49,881 nt of DNA, taken from contig JAJKHV010000173.1 of the NCBI GenBank assembly GCA_021154855.1, positions 1 to 49,881 of the forward strand, in the 5' to 3' direction. The stretch is from Solirubrobacterales bacterium (lineage in GTDB: Bacteria > Actinomycetota > Thermoleophilia > Solirubrobacterales > 70-9). Below, piece by piece: positions 8,401 through 14,944 of this stretch. The notes beneath the pieces are model-generated. The model made no database searches and was not told where the DNA came from. It saw nothing but the letters and a program-made list of their open reading frames with translations. How positions within the stretch are numbered: the first letter of the stretch is position 1; every line of letters starts with the position of its first letter. A program made the position numbers and the translations under genes.

Positions 8401-9636
8401 TATAAGAGCTCCGTCGAGCTGACGGACTTCCGGCGTTTCGGTTTCCTGGTAGGGCTCGACCAAGCGAGTAATGCTTGTCTTGATGCTCTTGCCTTCGCCA
8501 TTGCTTGCGGTCACCTGGCACTGCACGACGGCTCCTGCGTCGCTCGCGGCCACCGTGTAGCCGGCGCTGGTCGCGCCGCCGATCGGCGAGCCGTCGCGCA
8601 GCCACTGGTACGAGATCGTCGCCGTCCCGGGTTCGCCTATGCAGGTCAGTTCTTTGCCGACGACGATGCCATCGATGCCATACGGCTGCACCGCTTCCTG
8701 AGTGTTTCCGTTGCGGCGGACGAAGATCGGGCTGCCGCCCCAGTCGGTCTGACCGGAGCCACCCAATTCAAACGCCACTTCGCTGCCGTCTTCGGTGGCG
8801 CCTAGCCAGCGCGCTTCTTCCGTCGACGGCTGGTTGCCGGGCAGGAGCGAGACGACCTTGGTGGGGCCGCCCGGGGTCCTGTCGTAGAGGGTGGCTCTAC
8901 CTTCTGGCGCTGCCAGCGGCTCGAGATGCTTCTTGGAGACGAAGAAAACGTGCGTAGCGTTTTCCGTGATCATCTTGCCGGCGTTGTATTCTTCAAGGCC
9001 GGGTTCGAAGCCTGGGTCGTCGCCAAGCGATCCTCGCGCCAGCGGTTCGAAGCCGCTTGGGGTGCGCAGCATCTCGACCTTGGATTGGCCGATCCAGGGC
9101 TGCCAGAGGCTCGGCGTAGGGCCTGCCGCCGCTGCAAAGAAGTAATCGTGGTCGGGCGAAGCCGCGCCGGGCCTGCTCACGTCGGCCACCTGATCGCCGC
9201 GCACCCCGACCAGCTCCGTTTCCCAGCCTTCAGCGGTCCGCTTGGCCCGATAACGGTCGATGTCCCCGGTCCCGGGGTAGCCGGTGAGCGAGCCGCTTTC
9301 AGTTTGGAACAGCACGTCAGCGTTGCTCGGGCTGATCAATTCGATGTCGCCCGGGCTCGGCATCTCGTTGATCGGCCCGTTGCTGAAGCCGATCGGAAGC
9401 CCCCCTGTGTAGCGGGGAGAGACGAGCTCGTAGGCACGGCAGTCCGGGAGTTTGGCCGAAGGCCCGGTACGGAAGACTTCGTTGGGGCAGGTGTCGACGG
9501 CGCTGGCGGGAGGCGCACCAATTCCCAGGAAAGCCACGAGCCCGAGCACGATGAGGCAAGCCAGGCCGAGGCGGGCCGGGCGACTATCGGCTGCCTGGAT
9601 CGGTGCCGCGGGTGATGCCTTCACGTGGCGTCTCAC
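5455..9636 (-). CDS. 1393-aa secreted multidomain protein: signal peptide, TolB/PD40-like regions, four Ig-like repeats, NHL-like six-blade region, CxGDxCQ and polybasic Cys tail
   Basis: GTG start at 9636 with AAGGAG 8 nt upstream. Signal peptide is LGLACLIVLGLVAFLGIGAPPASA. NHL-like blades include SGDLLVVD, NGDIYVA, NGDVYASD and SGHVYAL (aa ~600-890). The C-terminus is IYDARVNGGFPPPESRVTEPCAGDVCQG...CGKGRRRVVRHGKERHGRERCVKRRRHHHRRG. The stop overlaps the alternative ATG 5458 of the next ORF. Confidence 0.85.
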   Translation of the reverse strand: MRRHVKASPAAPIQAADSRPARLGLACLIVLGLVAFLGIGAPPASAVDTCPNEVFRTGPSAKLPDCRAYELVSPRYTGGLPIGFSNGPINEMPSPGDIELISPSNADVLFQTESGSLTGYPGTGDIDRYRAKRTAEGWETELVGVRGDQVADVSRPGAASPDHDYFFAAAAGPTPSLWQPWIGQSKVEMLRTPSGFEPLARGSLGDDPGFEPGLEEYNAGKMITENATHVFFVSKKHLEPLAAPEGRATLYDRTPGGPTKVVSLLPGNQPSTEEARWLGATEDGSEVAFELGGSGQTDWGGSPIFVRRNGNTQEAVQPYGIDGIVVGKELTCIGEPGTATISYQWLRDGSPIGGATSAGYTVAASDAGAVVQCQVTASNGEGKSIKTSITRLVEPYQETETPEVRQLDGALIGPSGNASAVGTQLTCIGTDFHVTGATYAFRWFRDGTEIAGQSANTYTPPEADVGHSLQCRKAVSNGDGAAVVYSNSVSITLPYPQASSGPAIANSTDPGDALEAGDELSCSSGTWSGSPSFVYQWLRDGAEIAGATANTYTVAAEDEGKTLQCRVNATNAAGAAQAISSRMFFSSGLTAQTHPFLETFGSAAQPSFSYATSVAVDQSSGDLLVVDPEAGTISRFKPDGTPDNFSALGTNVISETPEGAIRFPSAEERRRSSVQVAVDNSGTATNGDIYVATGTQEESRIDIFASSGAFLGKLDEYKEGAGADGSLLHFSERACGVAVAPNGDVYASDSGGFVHKYVPSANPPTAADNSANFSYPEACTLAAGIGPTAGFVFVDSYGGGEGELAKLDGSTGAIKYAISSGVRTVSVDPSSGHVYALTGSQLTEFDASGAASASSVSTTELNGRGVAIRGSNTHVFVAAQASANVSVYGPAVAFAPEPPEQLSSGGVSGSPQVGSSLFCEAGSWSGRPTFSYQWLRNGTEIPGATDSSYALTTEDLAKVVQCRLTATNAIGGVVALGGSSHANYVIRAVPSASASMPAQSLTYAGIYNGHLFYADRYSDPIKQFYALPADLYSYDLDSGKSTPITDTGDAAFVNVSQDGSHVYFVRTFETGGEKSGKLYVWNRADDSTTLIAEISGEDATSFRLGEAGLITWTGAVGPYKFGLGHGRGMNHTRSTPDGSVLTFEATTQLSSFDNTEATPETCTKTEEHDGELELCEEAYRYDANTEQLTCVSCGSGSGPATGEAQLLRYEAMTRTAPNNLSNDGNTVFFESTEALVPRDVNHARDVYRWQAGKGVALISTGQGRAESSLFAASRDGSNVLFTTREQLLPEDENGSAIRIYDARVNGGFPPPESRVTEPCAGDVCQGAPAAAPAPPQVASSSLNGGGNVKSRIHCGKGRRRVVRHGKERHGRERCVKRRRHHHRRGGANRRAAR
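6712..6915 (-). repeat. Fourth copy of the Ig-like repeat (SLFCEAGSWSGRPTFSYQWLRNGTEIPGATDSSYALTTEDLAKVVQCRLTATNAIG)
   Basis: It lies at aa ~908-975 of the 1393-aa protein. It shares the Cys/Trp/YQWLR.G/QC framework of the three upstream copies. Confidence 0.8.
7903..8661 (-). repeat. Three Ig-like coding repeats (C..G.W.G.P...YQWLRDG..I.GAT...Y.....D.G..LQC.V.A.N..G)
   Basis: The repeats lie at aa ~326-385, ~419-485 and ~512-578 of the 1393-aa protein. A 20-nt string ccgtcgcgcagccactggta is identical at 8591-8610 and 8015-8034 and encodes YQWLRDG. Confidence 0.8.
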
Positions 9637-9887
9637 GTAGGTCTCTCCTTGTCCCGTGAGCCCCTCTGCCCGCCGCTTCCCTTTGCGGCTTCCGCGAGGC
9701 TCGGTTATGTCCCTGTACTTGCCGTTCCCTGAATCGACTTGCGAGGTATGGCTAGTTCCGAGAAGTTGCTAGCTGTACCGGCAAGTTGCGCCAGTGAAGC
9801 ACCCCTCTGCAGGGTTGTCAAGGGAAGTTCCCAAAAGAAAATGGGCGTTCCCAGAGGCGTTCCCGAGAGGGATATGCGGGTACCGAA
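9637..9887. promoter_or_regulatory. Lower-GC leader/promoter region of the secreted-protein operon with direct GTTCC(C/G) repeats and GTACC motifs
   Basis: GTTCC(C/G) occurs at 9724, 9755, 9827, 9847 and 9859, all in the same orientation. The box GTTCCCAAAAGAAAATGGGC lies at 9827-9846. GTACC occurs at 9775 and GGTACC at 9879. An inverted repeat ACTTGCCG/CGGCAAGT flanks part of the region. Confidence 0.5.
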
Positions 9888-10547
9888 TTAGCCTGGCAGC
9901 GAACGGGCGAGGCGAGCCGCTTGCCCAGCCCCGAGGTAGGGCGCGAGGATGAACTCGGCGAAGTCGGGGAGGAGATCCTCGAGCTGCGCGGCTTCGCCGG
10001 CGGCGACCTTGCGCGAGGCGAGCATGACCAGGGCGCCGATTGTTGACTCCTCGGTGCTCGGCGGCAGCTCCCGGCCTCGCTCGCGCTCGCTTCGGCCCTG
10101 CTCTAGGAACGGGACTGCCTCGTGAACGGCCTCATGGAAGCGAGCGGCGACCGCGGGGCTGGCGCCCTGCGATTCGACCAGGCAGAGGCGGGCGAGCCCT
10201 GGCTCGGAGGCGAGGAACGCAAGCACCGCGCCGGAGGCGGCGATCGCCTGCCGCGGCCAATCGAAAACCGGCGCGATCGCCTCTGCCGCCAGCTCGCGGA
10301 TGTGACCGACGACGACCTCGAAGGCGGCCAGGAAGCACTCCTCCTTGCTCTCGAAATTCGCGTAGAAGACGCGGCGAGAGACCTTCGCCGCCTTGGTGAC
10401 GTGGGTGATCGTCACCGCCTGGTAGCCGTGCTCAGCGACCGCGGTGGCGAGGCCCGCGATCAAGCGCTCGCGCTGGTTGTGGGCGACCTGCTCGCGGCTG
10501 AAGCCGTGGCGGCCGGCGGGAAGGGGGCCGAGCTCTGCCTCTGCCAT
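9888..10547 (-). CDS. TetR/AcrR-family transcriptional regulator (array member 1)
   Basis: HTH region is ERLIAGLATAVAEHGYQAVTITHVTKAAKVSRRVFYANFESKEECFLAAF. Pre-HTH motif is PAGRHGFSRE. C-terminal motif is LLPDFAEFILAPYLG. Confidence 0.85.
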   Translation of the reverse strand: MAEAELGPLPAGRHGFSREQVAHNQRERLIAGLATAVAEHGYQAVTITHVTKAAKVSRRVFYANFESKEECFLAAFEVVVGHIRELAAEAIAPVFDWPRQAIAASGAVLAFLASEPGLARLCLVESQGASPAVAARFHEAVHEAVPFLEQGRSERERGRELPPSTEESTIGALVMLASRKVAAGEAAQLEDLLPDFAEFILAPYLGAGQAARLARSLPG

Positions 10548-10558
10548 GGGCTACCGGG

Positions 10559-11236
10559 TCAGGCCGACGCCGACTCGCGGCCGCCGGCCTCGCGCGCCGC
10601 CTCGTCCTCGCCGACGTAGGGACGCAGGAGGAACTCGAGGCTCTCCGGCAGCAAGGCCCGGAGCTTCGCCTCTTCCCCCGCGATCAGGCGCTGGTTGATC
10701 ACCCAGAGAACGCCGCCGGTCAGGGTGTCCTCGAGGCTGTCCGGCAGCTTGTCGCTGCGCGGGTTGAGCTCGCGGCCCGGACGCAGCAGCGGCGCAAAGC
10801 GCTTAAGCGCCGCCTCGTGACGCGCGGCCGCCTCCGGACCCGCGGTCGGCGCCTCGACCAGGCATGCCCTGGCAACGTCGGGGTGGGCGGCGACCTGTTC
10901 GAGCAGCGCCCCCAGGCCTGCCCCGACCTTGTCCGGCCAAGGCCCGTCTTCGCGGTCGTAGGCTTCCTCGACCACGTAGGCGGTGCGCTCGAGCGCCGCG
11001 TCGAGCAGGGCCAGGAAGGCCTCCTGCTTGTCGGCGTAGTGCTTGTAGAAGGTCGCGTAGCCAACTCGGGCACGGCGAATGATCTGCTCGATCGTCGTCT
11101 CGGCGAAGCCCTGCTCGGCGACCAAGCCCGCTGTTGCCTCGAGAATCCGGCGGCGCTGGTCGGCCGCCGACGCGGCGCGGCTGACCGGCTCGGGACCGGG
11201 CGGCTGCCGGGACGCCTTTCCAGGCAATGCGCGCAC
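10559..11236 (-). CDS. TetR/AcrR-family transcriptional regulator (array member 2)
   Basis: HTH region is QRRRILEATAGLVAEQGFAETTIEQIIRRARVGYATFYKHYADKQEAFLALL. C-terminal motif is LLPESLEFLLRPYVG. Confidence 0.85.
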   Translation of the reverse strand: MRALPGKASRQPPGPEPVSRAASAADQRRRILEATAGLVAEQGFAETTIEQIIRRARVGYATFYKHYADKQEAFLALLDAALERTAYVVEEAYDREDGPWPDKVGAGLGALLEQVAAHPDVARACLVEAPTAGPEAAARHEAALKRFAPLLRPGRELNPRSDKLPDSLEDTLTGGVLWVINQRLIAGEEAKLRALLPESLEFLLRPYVGEDEAAREAGGRESASA

Positions 11237-11322
11237 GGAGTTAGGATAGCGCGCGTTCCCATTGGTACGAAGGCAGTATATGAAGTGGTGCGAGTTCCCA
11301 AAAATGGGCTAAGGTACCCCGA
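11237..11322. promoter_or_regulatory. Divergent TetR promoter/operator region
   Basis: GTTCCCATTGGTAC lies at 11255-11268. GTTCCCAAAAATGGGC lies at 11294-11309. GGTACC lies at 11313-11318. The GTTCCCA-A-run-TGGGC box also occurs at 9827-9846. Confidence 0.5.
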
Positions 11323-12012
11323 GTGAAAGCGTCACCGACACTGCGAGCAGTGAGGTCATGGGATGAGGCCATCTCGCAGCGTGCGGCGGATGAGGGAGCG
11401 CTGGAAGCGATGCTGCTGAGCGTCGGCGCGAAGGGATACGACAAGGCGACGGTGCAGGAGGTGCTCGAGCGCAGCGGCATCTCCCGCGATCGCTTCCAGC
11501 GTGGCTTTGGCGGCAAGGAGGCCTGCTTCGCGCAGGCTTACGAGATGGCGGCAGATCGACTCTGCGCGGAAGTGCTCGAGGCGGGCCGCGAGGCCGAGAG
11601 CTGGCGGGCGGGCTTCCGCGCCGCCCTCGCCACGCTGCTGCGCACGGTCGCCGAGCAGCCGTTGCTGGCCAAGGCGCTGCTGATCGAGGTGCGCGCCGCC
11701 CGCGGGCAGGCCTGGGTCAAGCACCAGCAGCTGACCGAACGCTTCGCCCGCGCGGTCGACTCCGCTCGGCGCCAGCCAGGGGCGAGATTGACGACGACGA
11801 CGCTCACCGCCCAGTTCGTCGTCGGCGCGATCGAGGAATCGGTCGCAGCCGAGATCGGCGCCGGCCGTGCTGCAACGGTCGAGCGGCTGCTTCCGGACCT
11901 TGCCCACCTGGCCGCGCTCAACTACTTCGGCGAGGACGAGGCCTGGCTCGAGCTGCGCTCGCCGGACCTCGCCACGGCCGAGACCGTCGCGCCGGGCGAG
12001 CCGATCGAGTAA
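11323..12012 (+). CDS. TetR/AcrR-family transcriptional regulator (array member 3)
   Basis: GTG start. HTH region is LEAMLLSVGAKGYDKATVQEVLERSGISRDRFQRGFGGKEACFAQAY. C-terminal motif is LLPDLAHLAALNYFG. Confidence 0.8.
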   Translation: MKASPTLRAVRSWDEAISQRAADEGALEAMLLSVGAKGYDKATVQEVLERSGISRDRFQRGFGGKEACFAQAYEMAADRLCAEVLEAGREAESWRAGFRAALATLLRTVAEQPLLAKALLIEVRAARGQAWVKHQQLTERFARAVDSARRQPGARLTTTTLTAQFVVGAIEESVAAEIGAGRAATVERLLPDLAHLAALNYFGEDEAWLELRSPDLATAETVAPGEPIE

Positions 12013-12015
12013 GCG

Positions 12016-13380
12016 TCAGGCCGGCTCCTGGGCCAGCTTCGCCGCCTCGGCGCTGCCGACGTATGGAGTCAGCGTGAACTCGACCAGATCCGGCAGCAGC
12101 TCCTCGAGCTCTTCGGCTTTGCCGGCGATGATGCGGCGTGAGATCAGCGAGACCATGCCGCCGACGAGGGCCTCCTCGGTGGTCGGCGAAAGGCGGGCGA
12201 GAACCTCGGGTGGGCGACCCTCGCGGCCGCTCTGGAAGTAGGGGACGAAACTCTGGATCGCGGCGTCGTAGCGCTCGACCACAACCGGGCCGGCGACCAG
12301 CGCCTCGACCATGCAGAGGCGCGCGAGGTTCGGCTCGGCGGCGAGAAACTCGAGCATCGCGCCGATCCCGGCTTTGACCGCATGCGGCCAGTCCTCGGCG
12401 CCCTCGAAGGCGGCGGAGACGCGACCGCGCAGCTCCTCCATAACGGTGTCGTAGGCGGCGACGAAGCACTCGTCCTTGCTCGAGAAGTGCTCGTAGAAGG
12501 TGCGGCGCGAAACGGCCGCATGGCGGGTGATGTGGGCAATCGTCGTTCCCGAATAGCCGTTTTCGGCAATCGCCTCGGCGAGGCCGGCGATCAACCGCTC
12601 GCGCTGGTTGTGGACGACGAACTCGCGCGGCAGGCCGTGACGACCGGGCGGGAGGCGTGCCAGCTCGGGCGGGTAATCCTCGGCAGGGACGTTGGTCCCG
12701 CCGGATTTACCGGGGGAAGATTTTTTAGCCACATCCCGACGATATCGCGCTGGCGGGTCGAAGCCACGCGCCAGCTCGGCCAGTCCCGCCTCGATACCCA
12801 GGTAGGGCATCACCGCGGCCGATAGCAATTGGGGAACGAGGGCGGGCAGCTCGTCGGCCTCACCGCGTACCACCTTGGCGTAGACCTGGCCGTAGGCGGA
12901 GCCGGCCAGCGCCTCGGCGGTGGTGTGCGGAACCGACTCGGGGTCGTCCATCTCGTTGCGACCGGCATCGATCAGCGAGGCGATCACCCGCATCGTCATG
13001 TCGCGGCGGGCGCGGGCGGCGTCGCCGGCGGCCAGCACCTCGACCGCGAAGGAGGCCCGGCTGGGAGCGCTGCGCAAGTTCTCGACGATCTCGCAGGCGA
13101 CGGCACGCAGGCGGTCAGGCCATTCTTCCTGGCTGTTGAAGGCCTCGACCATCTCCCTCATGCAGCCCTCGTTGATCTCCTGCCAGGCGGTCAGGAAGCA
13201 GTCGTACTTGCTGCGGAAGTGACGATCGAAGGCGGGTCGGTCGAGGCCGGCCCGGTCCAGAATCAACTCGATCGTGGTCTCGGCATAGCCGCGCTCGGCC
13301 GCGATCTCGATCAGGGCCTCGACAATGCGCTCGCGCTCGGGACTGGCCGCGCGCTCGCGGGTCTCCAGGTCAAGGGGCAC
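12016..13380 (-). CDS. Tandem (double) TetR-family regulator: two complete TetR modules in one 454-aa chain (array members 4a and 4b)
   Basis: Module 1 (aa 1-~205) has ERIVEALIEIAAERGYAETTIELILDRAGLDRPAFDRHFRSKYDCFLTAW ... LVPQLLSAAVMPYLG. The linker is ~37 aa (FDPPARYRRDVAKKSSPGKSGGTNVPAEDYPPELA). Module 2 has LPPGRHGLPREFVVHNQRERLIAGLAEAIAENGYSGTTIAHITRHAAVSRRTFYEHFSSKDECFVAAY ... LLPDLVEFTLTPYVG. There is no stop between the modules. Confidence 0.8.
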   Translation of the reverse strand: MPLDLETRERAASPERERIVEALIEIAAERGYAETTIELILDRAGLDRPAFDRHFRSKYDCFLTAWQEINEGCMREMVEAFNSQEEWPDRLRAVACEIVENLRSAPSRASFAVEVLAAGDAARARRDMTMRVIASLIDAGRNEMDDPESVPHTTAEALAGSAYGQVYAKVVRGEADELPALVPQLLSAAVMPYLGIEAGLAELARGFDPPARYRRDVAKKSSPGKSGGTNVPAEDYPPELARLPPGRHGLPREFVVHNQRERLIAGLAEAIAENGYSGTTIAHITRHAAVSRRTFYEHFSSKDECFVAAYDTVMEELRGRVSAAFEGAEDWPHAVKAGIGAMLEFLAAEPNLARLCMVEALVAGPVVVERYDAAIQSFVPYFQSGREGRPPEVLARLSPTTEEALVGGMVSLISRRIIAGKAEELEELLPDLVEFTLTPYVGSAEAAKLAQEPA

Positions 13381-13413
13381 TAGGTCATGGGACCGCCGAT
13401 CCCTGCCCCTGGC

Positions 13414-14130
13414 TCAACCCGCAGTGGGTGTTGACGGTTGCTCGGCGGCGATCCGCTTGGCTGCCTCGGCGCCGAGGTAAGGAGTGAGGGAGAACTCGAC
13501 CAGCTCTGCCAGCAGGCTCTCGATCTGCTCCGCCTGTCCCATGATGATGCGCTGGTAAAGGATCCAGAAGATGCCGCCGACGATCGTCTCCTCGAGCGTC
13601 CCCGGCAGCTCCTCCCCCTTCGAAGAGACCTTGCGGCCCATGCGGAAGAGCGGCACGAAGGCCTGGATCGAGCGCTCGTAGCGGTCGACCGCGGCCGGAC
13701 CGGCCGAGAGCGCCTCGACGATGCAGGTACGGGCCAGCGCCGGCTCGGTGGCTACGTAGTGCAGGAAGGCCGCGAGGCCGGCGTTGACCCGGGCCGGCCA
13801 GGTATCGACCTTGCTGGCGGCGTCGACGACGCGGCGCAGCGCCTCCTTGACCGCGAACTCCGAGGCGGCGAGGAAGCAGTCCTCCTTGGAGGAGAAATTC
13901 TCGTAGAAGGTGTTGCGGGCGATGCCGGCGCGGCGGACGATGTCGGCAACCGTGACGGCCCGGTATCCCTTCTCGACCGTCTCCTCCGCAAGTGCCGCGA
14001 TGATGCGGGCTCGCTGGTGCTGAGCGATGAACTCGCGGGGCAGTGGATGGCGCCCCGGCGGCATTCTGGTCGCTTGGGGAGCACGGTCGGGCACGAACGC
14101 CAGAGTACCCCTATGGGTATCTGATTCCAA
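13414..14130 (-). CDS. TetR/AcrR-family transcriptional regulator (array member 5); start uncertain (TTG 14130 or ATG 14064)
   Basis: Sequence reads MPPGRHPLPREFIAQHQRARIIAALAEETVEKGYRAVTVADIVRRAGIARNTFYENFSSKEDCFLAAS ... LLAELVEFSLTPYLG. The sister genes start about 10-15 aa before the GRHG motif, which favours ATG 14064. Confidence 0.8.
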   Translation of the reverse strand: MESDTHRGTLAFVPDRAPQATRMPPGRHPLPREFIAQHQRARIIAALAEETVEKGYRAVTVADIVRRAGIARNTFYENFSSKEDCFLAASEFAVKEALRRVVDAASKVDTWPARVNAGLAAFLHYVATEPALARTCIVEALSAGPAAVDRYERSIQAFVPLFRMGRKVSSKGEELPGTLEETIVGGIFWILYQRIIMGQAEQIESLLAELVEFSLTPYLGAEAAKRIAAEQPSTPTAG

Positions 14131-14186
14131 GCTGGACGTATTGACCAGATACCGCTACAGTACCGGACTCCAGACAACCCGTTCCC
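14106..14186. promoter_or_regulatory. Operator-like palindromes in the divergent TetR5/TetR6 control region
   Basis: TACCC-CTAT-GGGTA lies at 14106-14119. The 8-bp inverted repeat GGTATCTG (14116-14123) / CAGATACC (14146-14153) follows. GTACC lies at 14160 and GTTCCC at 14181. GAGGAAAGG precedes ATG 14211. Confidence 0.45.
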
Positions 14187-14210
14187 TTGATCGAGTAGAG
14201 GAAAGGTCAG

Positions 14211-14903
14211 ATGGGAAAGCAGGCCGCACCCGAGGTCCAGGCAGGGGCTGAAGGGACCGCCGCAACGGGGAACGTTTCCCCACAAGCTCCCGCACTCAGA
14301 CTGGTGAGTTCTCCGAAGCGTCAGAAGATCCTCGAGGGAATGCTCGAGGTGGTCGGCACGAACGGCTATGACGCCGCATCCGTGCGTATGGTGCTCGATC
14401 TGACCGGCCTCTACCGGCAGGCCTTCTACGACGAGTTCGCCGACAAGGACGCCTGTTACCTGGAGGCTTTCGACTTCGGCGTGACGCGCCTGGAAGCCGT
14501 GGCGCGTGCGGCCGCGGCGGCTGAAGAGAGCTGGCAGGGTCAGCTTCGCGCTGGCCTGGCAGCCGTCCTGGCAGTGCTCGACGCTGAACCCGAGGTGGGC
14601 CGCGCCCTGATCGTCGAGGTGCACGCGGCGGGGCAGGAGGCGCTTCAAAGACGCTCCCAGGCGATGAAACGAATCACCGATTTCATCGATTCGGCCAGGC
14701 ATGCCTCCAATGGGGCCGGATCGCCACCGCCGATCGCCGCCGAGGGGATCGTTGCCGGTATGCATGCGGTGCTCCACGCCCGGCTGGCAACAGGCGAGGA
14801 AGGCGGCTTTCGGAAGCTCTTGCCGGAGTTCATGTACTTCGCCGTGCTGCCCTATTTCGGTGCCGGGATGGCCAGCGCCGAGATGCAAGCCGCCAAGGCC
14901 TGA
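14211..14903 (+). CDS. TetR/AcrR-family transcriptional regulator (array member 6)
   Basis: HTH region is SPKRQKILEGMLEVVGTNGYDAASVRMVLDLTGLYRQAFYDEFADKDACYLEAF. C-terminal motif is LLPEFMYFAVLPYFG. Confidence 0.85.
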   Translation: MGKQAAPEVQAGAEGTAATGNVSPQAPALRLVSSPKRQKILEGMLEVVGTNGYDAASVRMVLDLTGLYRQAFYDEFADKDACYLEAFDFGVTRLEAVARAAAAAEESWQGQLRAGLAAVLAVLDAEPEVGRALIVEVHAAGQEALQRRSQAMKRITDFIDSARHASNGAGSPPPIAAEGIVAGMHAVLHARLATGEEGGFRKLLPEFMYFAVLPYFGAGMASAEMQAAKA

Positions 14904-14944
14904 GCGGTTGGACAGGGCGCGGGTACTGCCCTACGCTGAGTTGC

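Noticed and set aside
9820-9870. ECF-sigma promoters: the GTTCCC repeats read GGGAAC on the transcribed strand, resembling a GGAAC -35 element
   Set aside because: No CGT(C/T)-type -10 element lies at the required 16-17-nt spacing after any of the three clustered copies.
13752-14888. 378-aa minus-strand ORF across TetR5/TetR6
   Set aside because: It crosses an obvious intergenic control region and overlaps two well-supported TetR genes. It has no motifs.
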